DNA of 64,000 bases from Octopus sinensis (Eukaryota). The notes beneath the pieces were generated by a model, which worked only from the letters and a program-made list of their open reading frames with translations, was not told the origin of the DNA and did no database searches. The DNA is taken from assembly GCF_006345805.1 (NCBI RefSeq), contig NC_043016.1:31434001-31498000 (forward strand). The letters run 5' to 3'. How positions within the stretch are numbered: position 1 is the stretch's first letter; every line of letters begins with the position of its first letter. Both the position numbers and the translations under genes were made by a program. Shown here in pieces: positions 12,305 through 24,627 of this stretch.

Positions 12305-12920
12305 AGCTGGCAGAATTGTTACAGCCAGCGGTGAGTTGGCAGAAACATTAGCATGCCAGGTAAAATGCTTTGTGGTATTTCGTCTGCCATTACGTTCTGA
12401 GTTCAAATTCCGCCGAGGTCGACTTTGCCTTTCATCCTTTCAGAGTCGATAAATTAAGTACCAGTTACGCACTGGGGTCAATGTAATCGACTTAATCCGT
12501 TTGTCTGCCCTTGTTTGTCCCCTCTGTGTTTAGCCCCTTGTGGGTAGTAAAGAAACTAGGTATTTCATCTGCCGTTACATTCTGAGTTCAAATTCTGCTG
12601 AGGTCGACTTTGCCTTTCATCCTTTCAGAGTCGATAAATTAAGTACCAGTTACACACTGGGGTCGATGTAATCGACTTAATCCCTTTGTCTGTCCTTGTT
12701 TGTCCCTTCTGTGTTTAGCCCCTTGTGGGCAATAAAGAAATAAGAATTGTTACTGCTCTAGACAAAATGCTTAGAGGCATTTCTTCCACTTTTATGTTTG
12801 GAGTTCAAATTCTGCCGAGGCTAACTTTGTCTTTCATCCTTTCAGGGTAGATAAAATAACGTATTGGTAAAGTACTGGGGTTGATGTAATCGACTGTCTC
12901 CCATCCCCAAAAGTTCAGGC
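12305..12920 (+). mobile_element. Tandem trimer of SINE family B
   Basis: Three units of TTCTGAGTTCAAATTC.GCCGAGGTCGACTTTGCCTTTCATCC. Further copies at about 9236-9440, 11755-11950, 17229-17340 (-) and 51085-51310 (-). Confidence 0.8.
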
Positions 12921-13519
12921 CTTGTAGAAAGGATTTCTTATGCTATAGTTTTTTTTACTATTTTTTTTTCTCCTTAATTAAAAATCTTGAAGAATAAGAT
13001 GTCTTCACTACCAGTAGTGACTTGTGTAGGAATGGCAGTTTAGGCATGGGCATGGCTGTATGATAAGAAAATTGCTTCCTAATCATATGGTCTTGGGTTG
13101 GCTTTCATTGTATGGCACCGTGGACAGGTGTCTTCTACTATAACCTTGGGTCAATCAAAGCTTTGTGAGTGTATTTGATAGACAGAAACTGAATGTAGCT
13201 AATCATATATAATTGTTATGCCTCATGTGACCTTCTGATAGTGCTAACAGGTTCCAATAGTCTTGTATCTGATAGTTCAGAAGACCGTAGATGAACTCAG
13301 CAAACTAACTTGCTTAGAGCAGAAGAAGCAGCAGTCAAAGAAGTTAGGAGAGTTGAAAATAACAAACAAAACTGTTGAGTTTAACCAAAATAAAAGAACT
13401 TTAATAAAGAGGCGAATAAACAGTTATGGAATAAATAGACAGTTATTTAGAGAGTTTTAAGAGAGTTCTTTCATTTATCTCAAATGTATAGACTTCTTTT
13501 GGTGAGCTTGATTTCGTCA

Positions 13520-13805
13520 TCATCATCATCATTATCATCATCGGTTGGACAGTTTAATTGGGGAGTGGCAAGCCAGGTGGCTGCACCAGGCTCCAGTCTG
13601 ATCTGGTAGTGTTTCTACAGCTGGATGCCCTTCCTAACGCCAACCACTCTGAGAGTGTAGTGGGTGCTTTTTTATGTGCCACTGGCATCGGCCATGTTTG
13701 GATGGTGCTTTTATGTGCTACTGGCAGAGGAGCCTGTCGGGGTGGCGAGACTGGCATCGACCATGTTTGGATGGTGCTTTTTACGTGTCACCAGCACGGG
13801 GAGCC
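13520..13805 (-). mobile_element. RTE 3'-tail fragment or RTE-tail SINE (family D, representative)
   Basis: CTGGATGCCCTTCCTAACGCCAACCACTC plus an (ATC)n tail, matching the 3'UTR of the RTE at 4181-5330. Others at about 2750-3030, 14860-15175, 19380-19640, 21355-21690, 33070-33490 and 35420-35645. Confidence 0.8.
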
Positions 13806-15183
13806 ATATATATTTTTTTTCCAACTGGATTCTGTTGTTAATACTGAATTCATGGTACCATTCTGCATTCTTTACATTGCCAAGTTCACCCTAGTTTCGC
13901 AGCAAGTTCAAAACCATCTACTATTCACATTAACTGCTGAAACCAACTTCACACTTGACATCAAATATTTTGTCAACAATTCCATACAAATTGCCTGGTA
14001 TTATCTCACATCCATTCCTCACATCAACCGCATGGCACCGACTACTACATAAAACCGCTCATGTCAGCTTCCATCATATCAGATCTCAATGTCGCACAGT
14101 GTCTTCCAGCAGACACCATTTCTGTCCATTCACATCAGCGTCCATCATGAACTAACTCACCACACAGGCAATAATAGTCTTTATACTTCGCCCACACTGT
14201 AAAAGCACCCCAAAATCATACTACCTACACTCTAAACAGTCACGCAGCCACAAAGAATTATTTTTTTCACCTTCGAGTGCAAAACCAGAAAGTGATGTTC
14301 TAGTTCATATGTATATATAGATATATATATGTGTATGTGTCCCACCCACACTTAACAAGAAAATTTCTTACACACTCTACAACAACAAACCAAACTACCA
14401 AACTCTTCCCTTCCTCACATATCCACTTCATGCACCAGGCTTACATCCCATTCCCCAATCCTATTTACTTGACCCTGTGCCACTGTATCATTGCTATCTG
14501 CTAGCTTCCAACCTGCATATTCCACCCATGCCCTGTCTCACTGTATCATTGCATATGGCCAGCACTTTGCCACCATCTCTATCCTGCTGTCTCTCTCCCT
14601 TTTTCTCTCCTTCTCCTGCACCTCCCTCAGGTTGGATAGCCATGTATTTCCTTTGCAGCAGCGCACCTGTTTTTGTCTTTATTCCTGCTCTCTCTCTCTG
14701 CCTCCTCTCGGTTGGATAACCTTGCACCTCCTCTACAGCAAGACACCTATTTCTGTCTCTCTGCCTCACTATAAGCTTTCATCATCCAACACAAATCACC
14801 TCCTCCAATGCACTCTGCCCTCTCAAAAGAGGGTTTTTTTTCGTCTTGCCAGTGCGTACGTGGTGACCCTGTCAGTGCAGGTGCCACTTAAAAGTACCCA
14901 GTCCACATGGCAAAGAGTTTAGCATTTGGAAGGGCATCTAGCTGTAAAAACCTTGCCAAAACTGACCTTGCCTGTGCTTGTGTCACGTAAAAAGCACTAA
15001 GTTCACTCTGTAGAATGGTTAGTGTTAGGAAGGGCATCCAGCTGTAAAAATCCTGTCAAAACAGTTACAGAAGTCTGGTGAAGGTTTCTGCCTGGCTGGC
15101 TCTTGTGAAAATGTCCCACCCATGCCAGCTTGGAAGGCAGTCGTTAAACAATAATGATGATGATGATGATGATGATATATATG

Positions 15184-15221
<38 letters not shown>

Positions 15222-15419
15222 AATATGCATGTATGTGTGTGTGTGTATATATATGTATGTATACGTGTTCATGTATATATATACTAGCATTATAAGGTAA
15301 AAATAAAATATTTCCATGCCCATTTTTTAATCATATTCGTTTACTACACATTTTGCACCTTTTACACTATTTTTTTTCAATTTTATGACTGGGTATATAT
15401 GTAATATACCAAATTTATG

Positions 15420-15590
15420 ACACCCTCTTGCAGACTACCTTGTTGATGAATGACAAGGACCGTCTCTTTGTGGTTGGTGACTTCAATGGACATGTTGGAC
15501 AAGATGCAGGGGGCTTCCATGGCATACATGGTGGCTATGGTTTTGGTTCCTGCAATGAGGCGGGAACCAGGCTGCTGGAATTCCATGTCT
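15420..15590 (+). pseudogene. RTE APE-endonuclease fragment
   Basis: LFVVGDFNGHVG...HGGYGFGSCNEAGTRLLEF. Confidence 0.8.
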
Positions 15591-15970
15591 GTGTGTGTGT
15601 TCCCTCTCATGCCTATCCCCCTTGTACCTTGAAGTTCCACTTGGACACCTCACCATCACTATTTAGCACTATGAAGCTTATGATTAATTTCTCACTCTCC
15701 CTCTCTCACAACAAGAACCTGTTCTGCCCAGCATCCTTCTCTTATACCTTAACTCTTATCTTCTAGCATAAAGCCCCTTCCCTTGAGTTTCATAGGCTTG
15801 CAAACTGCATGGCACCCTCACTAGTGCCAGTAGTATTAAAAGAGTACTTAGAACATGATGCTCCAGTGTATGCTTTGGCACAGTCCCCAGAAATCCATCA
15901 GATCCTGTCAAACCATCTAACCCGTACCAACATGGAGCAGGGTTATTAAATGACGATGATGATGCTAGTG

Positions 15971-16027
<57 letters not shown>

Positions 16028-16327
16028 GTAAAGAATATATAAGAAAACTGTTTAAAACATTTTAGAAATATAAAAATATCCAGTTTAAAAAACAAAACAA
16101 AACATGCTCAACAGCGTGATTAATTCAAAAGGAACTTTGGACATGCAAATTGCATCATGCATTCGAAAAGCAGTAAAGAGTTTTGGTTCTATTAGATATC
16201 CTTTTCTACTCTAGGCACAAGGCTTAAAATTTTGGGGAGGGGCAGGGCAAGTCGATTAGATCAACTGGTACTTAATTTATTGACCTTGAAAAGAGTGTAG
16301 TGGACACTTAGTGAAATTCTCTCTCTC

Positions 16328-17228
16328 TGTTATATATAGCATAAATATGGACATAGTGGATGACAGCTAGCCTTCGGCTGCTTGGACCCTGTTGTGTCCA
16401 CTGCTCTGATTGGTTGGTGTTGGCGCAATTTGTCTCTTGCTCTATTACGTGCCAATGTGCAACCCAACCAATCTCAGCCTTCTGATAAGGTTACAAGAGA
16501 TTCTCTTCTAAATCTCCGTTTTGAGCTGATAATTTGCTATAAAACTTCAGCAATTCATTGAGTTGAGGTCTTTGGTTCTAGACCTTCTAAGATCTAACCA
16601 CTGACTGCAGAGCACACAGCGACAGACAACACCAGCAGCATCAGAACCTCCATCTCTGTTGTCTCTGTCTAAATGTCAACAACATTTCTATGTACACAGC
16701 AACATTCACTCAGGTGCAACTCCACACTGTTTGTGAATCACTTGACCATGGTTAACAACAAGTGCAACTTGTGAGATCTTCCTGTATCAAGTAACCAGCA
16801 GTGGCATAGCAACCACAACTTCTTACACGACACGTGCTTCAACCGGCTCTGCTTCTTTGCCACAACTTCTTGTTACAGCTCTTCAACTATTGTGTACCTT
16901 ACTATGAACTAGTATTTATCTTCATTGTGTGAGAACATTCTTCTAACATCCTGATATAGACTCATTCTATGCTCTGTATTTTATCTCACATGCATACACC
17001 CTTGTTTGCACACATATACACATTATGTATGCATGACGAACACACACATACACACATGTTAACACCTAAATAAAATCTTTCTCTTAAACATTCTAACGGT
17101 TGTGTCTCTTTCTTTTCTTGCTGGCACTCTTACTCATTTATCCATTTTGCTTTCATTGTAAGTGACTGTGCGATGTATTAAAGGAGTCATTCATTCGTCA
17201 CCTCTCCTTTCGCATGGTCGTTCTCACA
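16328..17228 (+). mobile_element. LTR-like element (about 900 bp)
   Basis: TGTT...CACA ends, TATAAAA at about 16538 and AATAAA at about 17069 in LTR-like order. No TSD recovered because the right end abuts a SINE. Confidence 0.5.
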
Positions 17229-17323
17229 AGATGAAAGGCAAAGTTGACCTCAGTGGAATTTGAACTCAGAACATAAAAACAGACGAAATACCATTAAGCA
17301 TTTTGCCTGGTGTGCTAATGTTT

Positions 17324-17608
17324 CTGCAAGCTCGCCACCTTTGGTTCTCTAAGGTATCACATGTGGTTACAATGACATATTAAGGTCAGTACAACAGAGA
17401 GAGAGAGTATGAACCTCTTCAATTCACTCTATGCTGGTTGTGAATCAGCTGAAGTCTTTTAACCCTGCAAGCTCGCCACCTTTGGTTCTCTAAGGTATCA
17501 CATGTGGTTACAATGACATATTAAGGTCAGTACAACAGAGAGAGAGAGAGTATGAACCTCTTCAATTCACTCTATGCTGGTTGTGAATCAGCTGAAGTCT
17601 TTTAACCC
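17324..17608. repeat. Near-perfect tandem duplication of about 141 bp
   Basis: 17324-17464 and 17465-17608 differ essentially only in the length of an (AG)n run. Confidence 0.95.
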
Positions 17609-18419
17609 ATAAATCGCTGGGATTTGCACTTACATCACATACACTGCTGAAAGCACATTTTATGAAAATGAGACAACCATGCACACACAAAAACCAAAAA
17701 AATAGTTTAAATATCTTCTTAGTATATAATGGTGGCAAGTTTTACATCATCTGAAAAGTTATTAGTTGAGCTATTAGTCCTCTTGCATTCTGCGGGGTAT
17801 TGGAGCATTGGAGTGACATTAGACCCAAAAAAATGCCCATAAATTAAATACATCTATCATGGCCTGTTGACCTGTACCTGATGACCACAATCATGGCCCA
17901 TCACACTTTATGTGTTAAGCAGGGGTTTTTTTTATTATGGTGAAATATTTGGTTGGAAGCACAAAAAAAAAACAAAACTTGCAAGCACCCAGTCTTTTAC
18001 TAGTTTCAGTCATTAAACTGCAGCCAAGATGGAGCACTGCTTTGAAGGATTTAAAAAAATTTATTTGAATGAATCAACCCCAGTACTTAATTTCTTTTTA
18101 AGCCTAGTACTTATTCTATCAGTCTCTTTTGTTGAACTGCAAAGTTATAGGGATATAAGCACACCAATACTGGTCGTTAAGCAGTGGATAGGTGGGTGGA
18201 CAAATACAGACACAAAGACTCCCTCTCTCTCTTTCACACATACACACATATGCATACATATAAACAATGGGCTTCATTCAATTTCTGTCTACCAAATCCA
18301 CTCACAATGCTCTAGTTGGCTTGAGGCTATAGTAGAAGACACTTTCCCAAGGTGCCATGCAGTGAACTGAATCTGAAACCATGGGGTTGGGAAGCAAGCT
18401 TCTTACCTCACAGCTAACA

Positions 18420-18850
18420 TTGTTCCCTCAGAGTATAAGTCAGGTTGTGTGATGTTTGTGTATGAATGATGAATGGCTATATTCCATGCTAGTGAGACAT
18501 GGGCTCTGAATTCAGAAGACATGCATAGAATAGAAAAGAATGAAGCTGATATGCTCCAGTGGATATGCAACATCAGTGTGCATGTACGACAAAGTGAAAA
18601 TATGCTGAGAGAAAAGTTGGGCATAAGAGGAATCAGATGCAGCATGCATATGTGTCATTTGGACATGTGATATATAAAAATGAAAACAGTTGTATAAAGA
18701 AGTGCTGATCTCTTATAGTAGATGGCACCTTTTAGAAGGGGAAGAGTCAGGAAGACATTGAATGAAGTAGTGAGGGGCAATCTCAAGATGTTGGGCTTCA
18801 CAGAGGAGATGATTATGGACTGAAATATCTAGTGATATGAGGTTCTTGGG
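18420..18850 (+). mobile_element. RTE 3' ORF fragments
   Basis: HASETWALNSEDMHRIEKNEADMLQWICNISV...LREKLGIRGI. Similar fragments at about 22790-23280 and 35170-35340. Confidence 0.8.
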
Positions 18851-19805
18851 AAGACCCACCAACCTTAGCAAAACTGAGTTCTGGGAATGCTGTGTACTCC
18901 ATCGCACATGTAGCATTAAATTTTTCACACAAACTACCTCAAGAAACCAAACTACATCTCATCTTCTCTTCCTTACATCTCCCCTTCATCATGTACTATG
19001 TTTATCTCTCCCTCTCCACTCCTGCAACCCAATCCTCTCCTCCCTACTCTGCCTGGATTCGTGTGAACTCTCTACTCATGCAGTCTGGGCGATCCTCTAC
19101 CATCCCGTTTATATTCTCATCCTTGTACCTAGAGAATATGTCTTGGCACATCGCCAGAGAAAGTGAACATCTCCCTTGTTAACTGTGTGTGTGTGTGTGT
19201 GTGTGTGTTGCCTCTTCCTCCTCCTGTCTGGGGTAACCATGTATCTCCTCTCCAGCAAGACACCTGTTTCTGTCCCTCTGTTCTGCTCTAATATCTCATT
19301 ACCTGTAATAAAAATCCACCTCTTTCAGTGCTCCCCACAACAAGGACCTTTGTCTTGCAAGTTACCTGGTGACCTTGCTGCAGATGGTGCTGGAGCATCC
19401 AGTCCACTATGTTATCTGGTCATAAAAACCATGACAAAACTGACCTTGCAATGGCTGGTGCCATGCAAAAAGCACCCAGTCCACTCTGTAAAGTGGTTGA
19501 TGTTAGGAAGGGCACCCAGCTGTATAAGTTATGCCAAAACTGACTGTGGAGCTTAGTGCAACCTTCTGGCTTACTAGCTCCAGTCAAACCATCCATCCTT
19601 TGCCAGCATGGAAGATGGATGTTAAATGATGATGATAGTGATGATACATGAAGGGATGAATATGTTAAACAGGCAAAACAACTGGTATCAACTTTGATTA
19701 TATATCTATATCTTTAAATACGATGATCGAGTTGTTGGAGGAGTATAGATCATGAGAAGGAAGCAATTCTTTCTTATTATCAGTCTGTATGTCAACACAC
19801 ACACA

Positions 19806-19882
<77 letters not shown>

Positions 19883-19888
<6 letters not shown>

Positions 19889-20127
19889 TTGAAGTTATTT
19901 ATTTGTCATGCAATTGTCTTATGAATAATGGGAATAAACTATACATCTACTTCTAATCGACTTCGTCTTTGATTTCGTTTTTCTTGCGAATACTATAAAT
20001 GTGTATATTAAACGATGTCTTCAATTTCCTTTCATGGCTAAATTGTTGCATGCATAAAAAGAAACAGAATGATATTATTGCTGACAGAAAATGTTGCAAA
20101 TATTACCTATATACTAGTCAAGAATCA
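19883..20127 (-). other. Candidate terminal 3'-UTR exon
   Basis: Acceptor ttcctcgtttcag|T at 20128/20127, AATAAA at 19903-19898, then a GT tract about 15 nt downstream. It would pair with the GTAAGT donor at 29946. Speculative. Confidence 0.25.
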
Positions 20128-20677
20128 CTGAAACGAGGAATCGAACGCTTAATTTACACAACCATAATGTTATAATTTAAATTATGTTAAAAATAATACT
20201 AAATTACCACAAAAAAAAATTATATATACAAGAGAGAGATTGCTGCTTATTTTATTGAGATTGTATAGAAAAACAACTGATATATTCATTATATTAAAGT
20301 GAGGAAGAATATATGCAAGTCGGAAAAACTTAAGCTGCAAGCTGTCAGAAATGTAGGGCACACTAACCTATTTATTTCACTTTAAAAAAATGAACTTTCG
20401 GTGGTAAACATGTAGATAAAAAATTAAATATGAAAGAAAAAAATTGCCAGCTAAATTTCCGTAATGTATATTATATTCTCGAGTTCTATTATGACCGATA
20501 ATCTTATTGTTTGTGTTATGGTAGGATGTAATGTGAGTGAGATTTAGATGCTGTTTCTAGCAGGTTGGATGACTATGCACAGAACTCAGTCTCTCTTGAA
20601 ATAAGCTTTTAATATATTTTTTTATATCATATTCTGTTTTCATAATAGATGAACGTTTCTAGTTTATAAGTTACTCT

Positions 20678-21094
20678 GGATCTTTTCGGTTTGAACGGCA
20701 GTTTTAAAAAATAATTTCCACGTAACTTAACACTTTTAAATTTCGTATACTGGTAGAATATGTTTATAAAACATCTTTTTCTCTTGGCTTTATTGAGAAA
20801 ATTCTATAGTTTGTAAGATATTTGTTGTTTTTTTCTTTAATTTCTGCAATTTCAACCAATCAATGACGTCTATTTTAGGGGGAAATATTCTGTGCCGTAT
20901 GAATATGACCCTCGTTTAAAAAACAGATTGGGTTTATTTACATTTGTGAAGTAAGAAAGATACCCTTCCCCCCACCCTTAACCCTAACCCTAAAACAGAT
21001 TGAAATGCAATAGATCGATACTAGGGTCATAATTATGGGTGACAATTTCATATGACACCGCTAGAAAAAACTGCCAATCAAACCGAAAAGATCC
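20678..21094. mobile_element. MITE with 28-bp TIRs and an 8-bp TSD (Merlin-like)
   Basis: TIR GGATCTTTTCGGTTTGAACGGCAGTTTT with 2 mismatches, perfect TSD GTTACTCT (20670-20677 and 21095-21102). GG termini with an 8-bp TSD fit Merlin/IS1016, but hAT or P cannot be excluded. Confidence 0.85.
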
Positions 21095-21844
21095 GTTACT
21101 CTTATTTAACTTTTAAGTATAAACATTAGACTTTACATATTTATTTAATTGAACATAATCTACATTCCTACTTGCACATAAGACTTAAGCTAAATTTACT
21201 AATACACTTAAAAATCAGAACTATAGAAATTTTGCAATGGCAAATGCAACAAATGCTGTGAATTCCTTCAGCTGAAAGCTAGACTTCTGTAAGCTTCTGA
21301 TGAAAATTTCAAAGTTTGGTCAATTGTAGTGTCTTTTATTTCATTTTTTGAAGCTTCATCATCATCATCATCATCATTTAATAGCTTGGGCAGGGTCTAG
21401 CAAGTCAAATGACTGCATCAAGCTCCACTGTCTACTTTGGAATGGTTTTAATTCACAGTCGGATGTCCTTCCTAATGCCAACCACTTTACAGAGTGTTCT
21501 GGGCATCTTTTACATGGCACCAACACTGGTGAGGTCTGCTTTGACATAGTTTCTTGATGCCACCTACTTTACAGAGTGGAATATGCTGGGTGCTACTTAG
21601 GTCTGTCTGGTATGGTTTTTATGGCCGTATACTGTTCCTAATGCCAACCACTTTACAGAGTGAACTGGGTTCTTTTTATGTGACATCAGAAACAGCGAGG
21701 TGGAGTCAAAGAGAAAATGTGACTACAAAAGATATTGAGAGGATACAATGGTTTAGAGTGCCTAATTCCAAGTTTAAGGAGTGAAGAATAATAAAAGAAA
21801 TGTTCATTAAGTGAGTTTCAGCAAACAGCATCCTGAAAAGAGTA

Positions 21845-22561
21845 TGTAGGAAATGATGTTGGCACTGGATGGGTGCCTCACAATTCCTAACATAGTCGTG
21901 GAAAGGAAAATAGTGAGAACAAGAATCTCTGAACAAATAACAATAATAATTTATTTCACCGAAATAAGTATTTCATCTCTGGACATTGGTAACCTGGTCG
22001 CTGGGGTGGTGGGGGTAGTGGTGGTGGAAGCAGCAGAGTCGGTTTAATTACAGATTCGCTGAAGTCGTGGATCGCCATCACACGGAGCTGGTCTGGTTGC
22101 GCCTGTCTCGGTCGGCAGCAAAGGTGAAGAGAGAGAATAGCAGTCAAGCCTAGCTGCTGCTGATAACTGTGCATGTGCATAAGGGGCTTCCGGAAGACTA
22201 ATCCCTGCGCATGCGTGGATGAAAATCCCAAAATGGCATCTGGAACCAGGGGTTCTTGTTTTTATAACTATCCAGAAGGATAGACAATAGATTTAGTTGG
22301 TGATCTTGTTATCTTAATTCTAGCTTTTGGTGAAATAGAAGAGGTTAGCAGGGTCAAGTGGTGAAGACATTATTTCGGCCTAGCAAAGGCAATCTGGAAA
22401 ATGTAAAACTGCTGTCACAGAAAATCTATTTTTCCACCGTGAGAAAAGTTTTGTTGAGCTGTTACTTGAAATTTGGCTATGGTGGATTGAATCCACTTCA
22501 TGCCTGGTTGAGACCATCAATGGTCTCTCTATCTCCCCCATTCCACATAAATAATGTTACA
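21845..22561 (-). mobile_element. Solo LTR (717 bp), related to the LTR at 1464-2184
   Basis: TGTA...TACA termini, 4-bp TSD AGTA (21841-21844 and 22562-22565), TATA-like element and AATAAA on the minus strand, shared block of about 245 bp. Confidence 0.75.
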
Positions 22562-22660
22562 AGTACCTAGGTATAGATGAAAATGTATCATATGCAGGCA
22601 CTGTGAATAAAGATAGAGTGACCCAAGAATATTATACCAGACTTCAGGTGTATAGGTGAA
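22562..22660 (+). pseudogene. R4/NeSL-type (RLE) non-LTR RT fragment
   Basis: YLGIDENVSYAGTVNKDRVTQEYYTRL, the post-YKYLG region of RLE-type RTs. Confidence 0.55.
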
Positions 22661-23295
22661 ATAAACAGTAATAGCATGAAAGAAATAGATTGTCTGGAAA
22701 ACTCAGGTGGATCCTTATAAGTAATAGATAGTGTCTTTTACCTACAAAACCTCATTAGCTATGGAATTTATTGTGGACTTGCCGACAGTATAATTGCTAG
22801 AATAAGAACTGGCTAGAAAAGGTTCAGAGAACTATTACACCTGCTGGTAAGTAAAGGACTCTCTCTCAGAGTTAAAGGCAAATTGTATTATGCTTGTGTC
22901 CTAACAGCAATGTTACATGGTTCATGTGAGACTTCAGCTGAGAACACAAAAAGGTATGTGAAGACTAGAAAGAAATGAAGCTAGCACACTCTAATAGATG
23001 TTTGATGTCAGTGTGCATGCATGGCAATGTACAAATGTGTTGAGAGAAAAACTGGGCATAAGAGGCACCAGATATAGTGTGCAAAAGAGATGACTGCACC
23101 GGAAGACCAGGAGATTCAGATAATGAGAACAGCAGTACTAAAAAGTGCTGATTTTTAAATGTAGAAAGAGATTGTGGAAGAGAAAGATGTGGGACGATGT
23201 GGTGAAGATTGACCTCAAAATGTTGAGTTTCTCAGAGATGACAGATGACTGAAATGAATGGCAATATGAGGAAACCAATCCATTCTGTGAAATCT

Positions 23296-23458
23296 CACAG
23301 GAGTGGCTGTGTGGTAAGTAGCTTGCTTACCAACCACATGGTTCTGGGTTCATTCCCACTGTGTAGCACTTTGGGCAAGTGTCTTCTACTATAACCTCGG
23401 GCCGACCAAAAGCCTTGTGAGTGGATTTGGTAGACGGAAACTGAAAGAAGCCTGTTGT
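23296..23458 (+). mobile_element. tRNA-derived SINE family A (representative copy)
   Basis: A/B-box-like head GTGTGGTAAG...GGGTTCATTCCC. Other copies at about 2510-2660, 13043-13200, 18275-18415 (-), 42278-42422 and 53000-53150 (-). Confidence 0.8.
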
Positions 23459-23465
23459 ATATATG

Positions 23466-23501
<36 letters not shown>

Positions 23502-23506
<5 letters not shown>

Positions 23507-23623
23507 TGCAGCGTAGAAGGTGTTTATAAGCCATTTAAGAAACACACAAAAGCTGTGAAGTGAATCAAACGGCTTTTGTGTGTTTCTTAAATGGCTTATA
23601 AACACCTTCCACGCTGCAATTGT
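23502..23623. repeat. 54-bp inverted repeat with a 14-nt loop
   Basis: Arms 23502-23555 and 23570-23623, one mismatch and one G-U. A single arm recurs at about 50088-50135. Confidence 0.95.
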
Positions 23624-23683
23624 TTTCGTTTCAGCACACGATCTCAGATCAAATTACTTGCTATGCGAGTACATCTCTGTAAT

Positions 23684-23715
<32 letters not shown>

Positions 23716-24297
23716 ATATATATATAAATATATATATATATGGCCTGCTCGCTTAGCCGGCGGGGTGGCATCATTTGAAGGCTAAAACAATGCGAACACA
23801 TTGTGACCAGCAATGTGTAACTACATCTGATGGACTGGTCGGTCACGTGATCACGTGATATATATATATATAGGGAAAGTTTACGAAAAAAACAAAAGGC
23901 GAAGACAGGTGGTGTACAAAACAAACAAATGTATTAGTATAACGCTCAGGAATAGAAAAAGTCTTTTACGTTTTGAGCCTGTGTGTCTGTGTTTGTCCCC
24001 CAACATCGCTTATCTTCTTTTGTGTTGGAATATGCACAAGGTAGCAAGCTTCCTCCAGCTTTATCAATCTACTGCTGTCCAACTAGTCTACATACATTAT
24101 TCATGTGGCTTAGCGCATAAACCCTGCAGAACTGTTGCTTCTGACAGAAATAAGGCCGAAGCCTGTTCACTTGTGCTTCAAAAACATTTACATTGAGGAA
24201 GATAGAGTTAATAAACCATACTTGGTAGCCCATCTAAGAGAAGGACAACTTTGGAAAATCTTTGGGAGTTGTCTGGAGAAAAAATGTCTATTTAAAA

Positions 24298-24627
24298 CAG
24301 TGGTTCTCAACCGGGGTCCATATAAGATTTTTGGTTGTCCATGTAGCAAAATAGTTAATTAGAAATCTACAATAGAATTTGAAGAGATCCTGAAAACATT
24401 TTGCTTTACATGTATGTATTGGTGTGTATTGCAAGGAACATCAAGGTTTCTTTCTCTAGCATTTGACACACTTCAATCTATACAAGTTAATGTGCGAAAA
24501 ATCAAAGTAGAAATTTTAAAAGATGATTCTATATAACTAGTTTTAAATATCGAATGGCTATGGGGGTCCATCAGAATAAAAGAGTAATCAAAGGGGTCCA
24601 TAGATAAAAAGTGCTTGATAACCCCTG
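24298..24627. mobile_element. hAT (Buster/Charlie-like) MITE, monomer
   Basis: CAGTGGTTCTCAACC...TTGATAACCCCTG termini, homologous to 33995-34760. Confidence 0.7.

Noticed and set aside
20975-20993. CCCTAA repeats as an interstitial telomere
   Set aside because: Only about 3 units, and they lie inside a MITE.
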